Assembly (NCBI GenBank): GCA_020441345.1
Contig: JAGRMK010000004.1
Span: 1-32,125, forward strand
DNA from: Paracoccaceae bacterium
GTDB lineage: Bacteria > Pseudomonadota > Alphaproteobacteria > Rhodobacterales > Rhodobacteraceae
Direction: 5' to 3'
Length of the DNA: 32,125 nucleotides
In this document: positions 18,020-25,492 of the stretch, one piece after another
Position numbering within the stretch: the stretch's first letter is position 1
Layout: the number at the start of each line of letters is the position of its first letter
The notes under the pieces: model-generated
Told to the model about the DNA's origin: nothing
What the model saw: only the letters and a program-made list of their open reading frames with translations
Database searches by the model: none
Program-made: the position numbers and the translations under genes

Positions 18020-18829
18020 TCAGCGCGGCAAATCGTCCGGGGCCAGCCCCGTGTGCCTGAGGCTATAGGTCAGGATACGGTCAACCACCGGCGCCGGGGC
18101 AATCGCCCCCAGCGCGACCGCCAGCCGCAACGGCCAGGGAAAGGCGCTGATCCGGGCGCCGCGCGCGACATCGCGGGCGATGCGGTCGGCGGCGCGCTCG
18201 GGGGTCCAGAGCCAGGGGCGCGGCGTTGTCAGGGACTGGCTCATCGGCGTGTCGACAAACCCGGGCAGCACCAGGGTCACGGTCACGCCCTGCGGTCGCA
18301 ACAGCCGCCGGGTGGCATCGGCGTAGATCTTCAGCGCGGCCTTGGACGCCGAGTAGACCGGCGATTGCGGCAGGCCGATCCCGCCCTGGATCGAGCCGAC
18401 GATGACCACGTGCCCCGCCCCGCGCCGTGCCATGCGCGGCTGCAAGGGCGTCACGGTATTCAGAACACCCAACGTGTTCACCGACATCAGGTCACGCGCC
18501 TGTGCGCCGTTTTCGCCCCCCCTCGCCGCCAGGGCCCGATTGCCGCCCAACCCCGCCGCCGCGATCACCATATCAACCGGATGCGCCGCATCGCGCGACT
18601 CGATCCAGGGTTCCAGTGTCGCGTGATCCGTGACATCGATCTGCGCGGCCGCGATCTCGGCCCCCAACGCGCGACAGGCAGCGGCGACCGCGTCGAGCCG
18701 GTCGGCATCGCGGCCGATCAGCGACAACAGGCGACCGGGCGCGGCATAGCGCAACGCCAGGGCGCGGCCGATGCCGCTGCTGGCGCCGGTGATCATCACA
18801 TGCGTCGGATTATCCCGCCGCCCCGCCAT
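18020..18829 (-). CDS. Short-chain dehydrogenase/reductase (269 aa)
   Basis: ITGASSGIG, catalytic Ser (GSIQG), YSASK, PGFVDTPM. Confidence 0.92.
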   Translation of the reverse strand: MAGRRDNPTHVMITGASSGIGRALALRYAAPGRLLSLIGRDADRLDAVAAACRALGAEIAAAQIDVTDHATLEPWIESRDAAHPVDMVIAAAGLGGNRALAARGGENGAQARDLMSVNTLGVLNTVTPLQPRMARRGAGHVVIVGSIQGGIGLPQSPVYSASKAALKIYADATRRLLRPQGVTVTLVLPGFVDTPMSQSLTTPRPWLWTPERAADRIARDVARGARISAFPWPLRLAVALGAIAPAPVVDRILTYSLRHTGLAPDDLPR

Positions 18830-18959
18830 CGCCGCGCGCCTCCTGCCGGTTTCCCGGTTCTTCTAGCATGTCCGCCTGTCGCCGTGCCAGTCCAGCCTGC
18901 GGGGTGGCGGCGGCGGATCACCCCGGCTATCCTGCTACCGCAAACCCCGAGGGAAAACC

Positions 18960-19562
18960 GTGCGCATTCATGAACCCTTCATCACCCCTGTCGCGCGCCG
19001 CCTTGCCGGTGGCCCGCTGACCCCGAATGCGGTCACGCTGGCCTCGGTGCCGCCGGCGTTGCTGGCCGGGGTCTGCGCGGCGCTGGGCTGGTTCGAGGGT
19101 GCGGCGCTCTTGTTCGGGCTCAGCGGGGTGCTGGACCTGCTCGATGGCGCGCTGGCCCGCGCGTTGGCCCGGCGCACGGATTTCGGCGCGTTGCTGGATT
19201 CATCGCTGGACCGGGTGGCGGATGCCTGTGTGCCGATCGGGCTGGTGGTCTATTACGCGCCGCACGGCATCGTCGCGGCGATCCCGGCGCTGTTCCTGCT
19301 GGCCTCGCTGTGGATTTCCTACATCCGCGCGCGGGCGCAATCGCTGGGCCTGGACCTGCCCCGTCTGTGGATGCGCCGCGAGGACCGGTTCGTTGCGCTG
19401 GTTCTGGCCTTGCTGCTGGCGCGCTGGGTCGCGCCGGGGGCCGCCCTGCCCGCGCCGCTGCTGTTGTGGGTTCTGGGGATCGTTGCCGTCCTGGGCTTTG
19501 TCGCCGGGGCGATGGCGCTGGCCCATGCCGCGCGTCAGGCCCGTCAGACCCCGCCCCAATAG
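18960..19562 (+). CDS. CDP-alcohol phosphatidyltransferase, phosphatidylinositol(-phosphate) synthase-like (200 aa)
   Basis: TPNAVT and signature DLLDGALAR...FGALLDSSLDRVAD; SYIRARAQSLG and RREDR resemble PIP-synthase motifs. GTG start after GAGGG. Confidence 0.88.
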   Translation: MRIHEPFITPVARRLAGGPLTPNAVTLASVPPALLAGVCAALGWFEGAALLFGLSGVLDLLDGALARALARRTDFGALLDSSLDRVADACVPIGLVVYYAPHGIVAAIPALFLLASLWISYIRARAQSLGLDLPRLWMRREDRFVALVLALLLARWVAPGAALPAPLLLWVLGIVAVLGFVAGAMALAHAARQARQTPPQ

Positions 19563-20428
19563 GGCGCGAAGGCCGCGATCGCGGCGGCGTCGTTCTGGCC
19601 TGAACGGTTTGGCCCATCGGTCAGCGCCTGAACGGCCGAGCCTGGGGTCTCGACCGGGAAGCGGCGCGTCGGCACCACCACCCGCCGCACGCCGCGCCGT
19701 GCCAGATGGCCCGAGATCCAGACGTCATCCACCCAGCGCACCGCCTCGGGATAGCCTGAGAAATCCTGCACCGCATCGTCGAGCGCGCCAGGCGGCAGCA
19801 GATAGCCCCAGGTTCCGAACAGGATATCGACCGGAACGGGCGCAGAGATCGCGCTGCACAGCACATGCGCCAGTGCCGGGAATGACACGCCCGGCGCCAC
19901 GCTTACCCCGCGCAGACCGACGGCGGCAGCGGGATCGGCCCGGTGCGAGGCAAGAAGCCCGGCCAGAAAATCGCGCGGATAGATCACATCGTCATCGACC
20001 ACCACGATCCGCGCCTTGGGTTCGGCGCGCAGCGTCGGCAGCAGTTTCGACGCCGGCCCCGCATCGGTGCAGCGCAGAACCTCGACCCCCTCGGGCAGCG
20101 CCAGTGTCGCGGGGGCGGGATAGGGCTGACCAGTGCGGCGCGACACCTCGGGCAAACACAGCACGATCCGGTCGGCGGGCTCGGTCTGGTCGATGAGGCT
20201 GCGCAGCGTGGCGCGCAGACGGTGCGCCCGCGCGGGAATCGTGGTCAGCGTCACCACCACCCGTTCGGGCCGGGGTTCGGGCCGGGGCTCGGGCGACGGG
20301 CGACGCGCCGGATCGCGCCAGGCCAGTTGCAGCGCCCGCGCATAGACCCCGGCGATCTGGCCCAGGCCAGGATTGCGATAGCGTGCAAGGGTGCGCGCGA
20401 TGTTCTGCGAGAGCGGAACCTTGCTCAT
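19544..20428 (-). CDS. GT-A fold glycosyltransferase (GT2-like, 294 aa)
   Basis: VVVTLTTIPAR, LRSLIDQT, GPASKLLP, VVVDDDVIYP (DXD), DDVWISG. ATGA overlap with upstream GT32 gene. Confidence 0.8.
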   Translation of the reverse strand: MSKVPLSQNIARTLARYRNPGLGQIAGVYARALQLAWRDPARRPSPEPRPEPRPERVVVTLTTIPARAHRLRATLRSLIDQTEPADRIVLCLPEVSRRTGQPYPAPATLALPEGVEVLRCTDAGPASKLLPTLRAEPKARIVVVDDDVIYPRDFLAGLLASHRADPAAAVGLRGVSVAPGVSFPALAHVLCSAISAPVPVDILFGTWGYLLPPGALDDAVQDFSGYPEAVRWVDDVWISGHLARRGVRRVVVPTRRFPVETPGSAVQALTDGPNRSGQNDAAAIAAFAPYWGGV

Positions 20429-21204
20429 CCGCCCTGCCCCCAGACCGCGGCCGCGGGGCTCCAGACGGGGGCGGCAAACGGATTGACCGGGCGGTTGCGT
20501 TCGATCCAGCGGCGCCTGAGCGAGCCAGGTGCAAGGTCGGCGGCTTTCCAGCTTCCGTGGGTTTCGTGGCGCGCGACCATGTGCCGGTTCACGGGCCAGA
20601 CATTCGGATAATCGAGCGGTGCCATCAGCTGAATTTGCGACCCGACCCAGACATCGGGCCAGACGCGGTCCTGCAACAGACGGGTCAACATGCGCGGGCC
20701 GGTGATGTCCTCGATCCGGTCGCGGGTCACGGCGGGCGCGGCGTCGAACAGGGCAAACGCCCGATCCAGCGCGGCGCGCAGAAACGGGTGGCCCGGCTCT
20801 GCGGCCAGAATGCAGTTGGCGATCTGGATGCCCCGGCGATAGCCCAGTTCGCGCTGGCGCTGGCGGCCAAGATGCGCCTCGATGGACACCGAGCAAGGGC
20901 GCGCGAACAGATCCTGTGGCAGGGGGCGCAGGGGCTGCATGTCGATATCGGCGTAAATCCCGCCATCGCGCAACAGCACCGCCAGCCGGAACACATCGGC
21001 GCGCATCACGCCAAAGGGCATCGCGTCATAGGCTGTCATATGCTCGGGCGATACCTCGGCAATCACCGCCCGGCTGGCGGCATCGTCATAAAGCCGCAGG
21101 GTCAGCGCCGGGTTCAGCCGCGCCCAGGCCGCGCGCAAGGCTTCGGCGCGGAGCGGCAGCCCGGCGGTTTTCCAGGTCTGTGACAGGATGCGAGGCAGGG
21201 ACAT
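20425..21204 (-). CDS. GT32 family (Och1/Sur1-like, DXD) glycosyltransferase (259 aa)
   Basis: LPRILSQTWK, RADVFRLAVL..DGGIYADID, AAEPGHPFL, TGP..LT, H...GSW. Confidence 0.88.
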   Translation of the reverse strand: MSLPRILSQTWKTAGLPLRAEALRAAWARLNPALTLRLYDDAASRAVIAEVSPEHMTAYDAMPFGVMRADVFRLAVLLRDGGIYADIDMQPLRPLPQDLFARPCSVSIEAHLGRQRQRELGYRRGIQIANCILAAEPGHPFLRAALDRAFALFDAAPAVTRDRIEDITGPRMLTRLLQDRVWPDVWVGSQIQLMAPLDYPNVWPVNRHMVARHETHGSWKAADLAPGSLRRRWIERNRPVNPFAAPVWSPAAAVWGQGG

Positions 21205-21336
21205 CGAGGCCGGTTCAATGACGAACCGCGACGATAGGGCGTTGCGCGCAGGGTTACAACCGGCGCGGCACCGGCGCCGATTGCCTTTCCCCGCGCCCCT
21301 GCGGTAGTTTCGCAAAGCCAAGTCAAAGGACGCCCA

Positions 21337-22056
21337 GTGCCACCCAGCCGCATCGCCTATATGACCGTCGACGCCGAGCCCGATTGCCCGCCGTTCCTGT
21401 GGACCTGGCGTGGGATAACCGAGGGGATGCCCCGGCTTCTGGCGCTTTTGGCCGAAGAGGGCGTGCCCGCGACCTTCTTTACCACCGGCGCGACGGCTGA
21501 AACCCACCCCGGCACCGTGACCGAAATCGTTGCAGGCGGACATGAACTGGCGTGTCACGGATATTCGCACACCAATTTCAAGACGATGGATGCCGCGACC
21601 GCGCGCGATGAGATCGCGCGCACGAATGCCATCCTGCGTCGGCACGCGCCGGTCACGTCGTTCCGCGCGCCCTATCTTTCGTTTCCCGAAGCCTATGTGC
21701 CGATCCTGGCGGATCAGGGGTTCACGGTGGACAGTTCACGCGGCGCCTACAAGCGCAACGAGCCCCGCAACGCCACGGCGGGTATGCCGTTCCGGCTGGA
21801 TGCCTCGGTCACGTCCAGCGTGCTGCGCATCCCGCATCTGGTGCGCGATCCCTGGTTTGCGATGCTGAAAAGCCCGGTGACCCTGTTTGTGCACCCTTGG
21901 GAATTCGTCGATCTGACGCAGACCGGGATCCGCTATGACTGCCGGTTCCGCACCGGCCAGCCCGCCCTGGACCGGCTGCGCAGCGCGCTGCGGTGGTTCA
22001 AGACGCGCGGCTTCGAGTTTCGCCTGGTGCACGAGGCCCCGACCCTAGCCGCCTGA
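21337..22056 (+). CDS. Polysaccharide deacetylase (CE4/NodB-like, 239 aa)
   Basis: TVDAE, ATFF, HELACHGYSH, FRAPY, HPWE. No signal peptide evident. GTG start after AAGGAC. Confidence 0.9.
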   Translation: MPPSRIAYMTVDAEPDCPPFLWTWRGITEGMPRLLALLAEEGVPATFFTTGATAETHPGTVTEIVAGGHELACHGYSHTNFKTMDAATARDEIARTNAILRRHAPVTSFRAPYLSFPEAYVPILADQGFTVDSSRGAYKRNEPRNATAGMPFRLDASVTSSVLRIPHLVRDPWFAMLKSPVTLFVHPWEFVDLTQTGIRYDCRFRTGQPALDRLRSALRWFKTRGFEFRLVHEAPTLAA

Positions 22057-23121
22057 ACACAAACGGGCGTAAAGCGCCAGATGCGTTTGCGCCACGACCG
22101 CCCAGTCATAGCGCGCCAGTGCGGGGCGCGGCCCGGCCAACCGCCGCCACAGCGCGGGGTCGCGGGCCAGCCGCAGCGCAGCCTCGGACATGGCCGAATC
22201 GTTGGCGCACAGGAACCCGTCCTCGCCGTCGCGGATGAACTCGGACAGCCCGTTGCCTGCGCGGCCGATCACCGGCAGCCCGGCGGCGCGCGCCTCGAGC
22301 GCGGCGATGCCAAAGGATTCGTGCCGCGATGGCAGGACAAAGGCATGCGCCCCGCGATAGAGAGCGCGCAAGCCGCTGCGGTCCAGCCAGCCCGGCGTCG
22401 TCACCCCGTCACCCAGCCGGGCATGGCGACGCCCCGTGCCCGCGACCACCATCTCAACCGGGTGATCCAGCGCGCGGGCAACCGTGTCACGCACCGACAG
22501 CAAGACCTGCGGGCGTTTCTTGCGTTCCAGCCGCATCGCCGAGACCAGCCGAAAGGCTTTGGCCGGGGCCTGTGGCGCGCTGTCTGCCATCCAGAACCCC
22601 GCATCGAACCCGTTGGGCAACACCAACGGCCGAGAGCCCGGCACAAGCGCCCCAAGATGATCGGCGATCCGCGCGTTGACAGCTGTCAACGCCACTCCCG
22701 ACAGCCGCGCCCCGGCCAACCGCCCGGCGAAGGCCAGGAGCGGCGCCATCGCCGAAAGATCGGAATGCGCGGTGATCACGACCGGCAGGCCCGACTGGCG
22801 CGCGGCAATCAGCCCCGCGACGCAGGCCGGAGCAACGATGCTGGCGTGGATATGCACGACATCCGGCGCAATGGCGTGCAGCGCGGCGCGGGTCCGTCGC
22901 ACCAGCAGCGGCGACACCGCCAGATCAAGGCCGGGCAGACGCGCCCCGTGAAGCCGGTGAACCGGGACCAGATCGTCCTGCGCGTGCGGCTGCGGGGTGA
23001 TCACGTTCACCACGGCCCCGGCCGTCGTCAAGGCCCGCGTGAGCCCTGTCAACTGGCTCTCGATGCCGCCCCGACGCGGGGCAAACCAGTCGCTGATCTG
23101 TGCGACCCTCACGCGCCGCAC
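22045..23121 (-). CDS. GT4 family glycosyltransferase (PigA/PimA-like N-terminus, ~358 aa)
   Basis: SDWFAPRRGGIE, DVVHIH, TAHS, PNGFD, RLERKK, ESFGIAALEA (EX7E). Start GTG 23121 or 23112. Confidence 0.88.
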   Translation of the reverse strand: MRRVRVAQISDWFAPRRGGIESQLTGLTRALTTAGAVVNVITPQPHAQDDLVPVHRLHGARLPGLDLAVSPLLVRRTRAALHAIAPDVVHIHASIVAPACVAGLIAARQSGLPVVITAHSDLSAMAPLLAFAGRLAGARLSGVALTAVNARIADHLGALVPGSRPLVLPNGFDAGFWMADSAPQAPAKAFRLVSAMRLERKKRPQVLLSVRDTVARALDHPVEMVVAGTGRRHARLGDGVTTPGWLDRSGLRALYRGAHAFVLPSRHESFGIAALEARAAGLPVIGRAGNGLSEFIRDGEDGFLCANDSAMSEAALRLARDPALWRRLAGPRPALARYDWAVVAQTHLALYARLCSGG

Positions 23122-23426
23122 CAGCCGAAGGGATGCGAACCTACCCTGGTTGACCTCATGAAAACCCCTTCCAAGCCCGAGCAGACGCGCCTGTCACCGC
23201 GCGCATCCTACCTGCACAGGCCACCCGGTTGCCAGCGGCCAGGCAAACAGATCGCGCCGCGCTGATGCATCCATGCCCCAGCCGGTCACGGAAATAGGCG
23301 CCGCATTTGAACTGATCGGCTTGCATGTTACGATGTCGGCCCGTTTCGGCGTGCCTGGCGCTCCGAATCATTCAGTGCCGGGCATGCGATAATTGCCCTA
23401 CCAGGTCAGCAGGCAGGGAGAATGCC

Positions 23427-24041
23427 ATGCATACGAAACGTCTTGTCCGCTGGCAGGAATGGGTCTTTGTCCGGTGCGGGGTTGCGCTGCTTGTCTGTGT
23501 GATGCTGGTTTCGCCGGTTCGCGCCCAGGATTGGTCCTATCAGGCCTGGGGCGCGGTGATGACCGACAACGATTTCGAGGAATTGCTCCGCCTGCGCAAC
23601 CTCGCGTTGCTGGATTCAGGCCTGATCGGGATCGCCGTGCATCGCCGGTTCGGGCCCGATATCGAGATCCCGTTCGGCAGCCTGAGGTTCGAGGTCGAGG
23701 CGCAGCTTGTCCGGCATTTCGGGTTGCAGGATCATTGGGAGGTCAATCTGCCGATCGGGATCCGGTTCACGCCAGATCGCCGCAGGCTGGGTATCGACAG
23801 CATCGCCTTCGGGATCGGGCCATCGTTTGCATCGGAACTCCCGCCCATCGAGTTGCGCCGGGGCAGCGGATCCGGCTCGCGCGAGTTGATCTATTTTCAT
23901 GTCGAAACGGAGCATGTTCTGCGGTCTCACCCGGACACACGGATCTTCTTTCGCGTGCATCACCGGTCGGACGGATACGGGCTGATCGCCAACGCCGTCG
24001 GCACGAATGCCCTGGCGATCGGGTTTCGGCGATCCTTCTGA
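23427..24041 (+). CDS. Small outer-membrane beta-barrel protein, PagL-like (204 aa)
   Basis: Signal peptide ending VRA|QD, alternating amphipathic strands, RVHHRSDGYG...GTN resembling the PagL H-x-S...N catalytic arrangement, terminal Phe (GFRRSF). GGGAG RBS. Confidence 0.6.
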   Translation: MHTKRLVRWQEWVFVRCGVALLVCVMLVSPVRAQDWSYQAWGAVMTDNDFEELLRLRNLALLDSGLIGIAVHRRFGPDIEIPFGSLRFEVEAQLVRHFGLQDHWEVNLPIGIRFTPDRRRLGIDSIAFGIGPSFASELPPIELRRGSGSGSRELIYFHVETEHVLRSHPDTRIFFRVHHRSDGYGLIANAVGTNALAIGFRRSF

Positions 24042-24067
24042 TCTCCGGTCCCTCTGACCGCGTTTCG

Positions 24068-25201
24068 TCAGGGCCGGCCCGCGACGGCAGGCGCCGCGCG
24101 CACCGTTCCAAACAGGCGGCGCAGAAACCGCTGGGCCGGGCGTTCGCACAGCACCAGACCGATCTGGGCCAGCACCAGGATCAGCGCCAGGTAGAGCAGG
24201 AAGAACCACGGTGACAACACCGGCAGCGACACCCCGGCCCGATCCGCCAGAAGGACAACGGCCAGTTGCAGCGGGAAATGCAGCAAGAACACACCATAGC
24301 TGAGATCCCCGAGCCGCTGGAACGCGGCACCCAGCCAGTCGGGCAAGCGGCGAAGACTGGCGGCGGCAAAGCACAGCGTCGGGATGACGACCAGCAGAAC
24401 GGTGTGAATCACCGGAACCACCACCACATCGCCCCAGAACCAGGCCACCACGCCAAAGACGCCCAGCACACCGACGGCCAACCGCCGCAGCGCAGGCCCA
24501 TAGCGCCCGTCGCCATGGCGGAACAGGACAATCGCACCGATCCCCCCGGCAAAGAAATGCGCGGCGCATTCCAGGATTCTGGCGTCGGGAAAGGCCGCGT
24601 AAAACAGACTCGCGCCAACGACCATCCCCAGGTTGAGCCTGATCGACAGACCCCGCCGCCAGACCATCGCGAAAAAGACGGCATAGACCGGGATCAGGAC
24701 CGACAGCGACCAGACCGGCCCGTTATAGGACATCCCCGAGCCGGGCCACCAGGCGGACGCCATCGCCAGGCTCAGCAGAGCGTGCAACAGATCGTTGTCC
24801 TGATAGACGAAATCGACGCCGTTCAGCCAAACGTGGATGCCTTGCAGAACCCCGACGATGGCAAAGGACAAAAGGTAGAGCGGATAGAGCCGGGCCACGC
24901 GATCCAGAAAGAACCGGCGCGGCCGGAGGGAATGCGCGGCGATCACGCGTCCGTAGACCAGGAATAGCGCAAAGCCGCTGATGCTCCAGAAGGTCTGCAC
25001 GCGAAAACGCCCGCCATGTTCGTAGAACAGGCTGGCCCAGCGATAGAACGGTTGTTGCGTGACATCGAAATCCGGCAGCGCGTGGCCGACAAAGCTGAAG
25101 TGCTGATAGTGCCAGATCGCGATCGCAAGACAGCCCAGGAACCGGATCAGATCAATCGCCTCATAGCGTCTCGACGGCATGATCGGGGTTTGCGGATCCA
25201 C
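24068..25201 (-). CDS. Acyltransferase family 3 (OafA-like) membrane O-acyltransferase (~377 aa)
   Basis: IDLIRFLGCLAIAIWH, FWSISGF, RVARLYP, WSLSV, LGDLSYGVFLLHFP, ERP. Start GTG 25201 or ATG 25180. Confidence 0.9.
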   Translation of the reverse strand: MDPQTPIMPSRRYEAIDLIRFLGCLAIAIWHYQHFSFVGHALPDFDVTQQPFYRWASLFYEHGGRFRVQTFWSISGFALFLVYGRVIAAHSLRPRRFFLDRVARLYPLYLLSFAIVGVLQGIHVWLNGVDFVYQDNDLLHALLSLAMASAWWPGSGMSYNGPVWSLSVLIPVYAVFFAMVWRRGLSIRLNLGMVVGASLFYAAFPDARILECAAHFFAGGIGAIVLFRHGDGRYGPALRRLAVGVLGVFGVVAWFWGDVVVVPVIHTVLLVVIPTLCFAAASLRRLPDWLGAAFQRLGDLSYGVFLLHFPLQLAVVLLADRAGVSLPVLSPWFFLLYLALILVLAQIGLVLCERPAQRFLRRLFGTVRAAPAVAGRP

Positions 25202-25289
25202 GGGCTCGGCCCCCCATTCTGTCTTTTTGGTCGGAGGCCGCGGCACCGAGCACCCGGCGCGAACACAGCCACAGGATACAACCTTAAGC

Positions 25290-25328
25290 CCCCTGTCGCC
25301 TGCGCCCCTGTCGCCTGCGCCCCTGTCG
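25290..25328. repeat. 15-bp intergenic tandem repeat (CCCCTGTCGCCTGCG x 2.6)
   Basis: Exact copies at 25290-25304 and 25305-25319, partial copy at 25320-25328. Confidence 0.9.
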
Positions 25329-25492
25329 GCAAGACGAGGTCCGAGGAACGGAGTTTGGCTTAGCGCGTCTGCGATGCGGGCACAAGGCGCCTGACCTGCC
25401 TGCGATCCGTTGCGCGGGCCGCAGGCAGCGCGCCGCCTCTTGCCACAATCCCCGCGCCACGCCATCCTGCGCGCCAAAGGGAGATCAAGACC

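Noticed and set aside
23122-23426. ~300-bp gap that could hold a small gene or sRNA
   Set aside because: Short ORFs here lack RBS or motifs and no convincing structure was seen; treated as a divergent promoter region.
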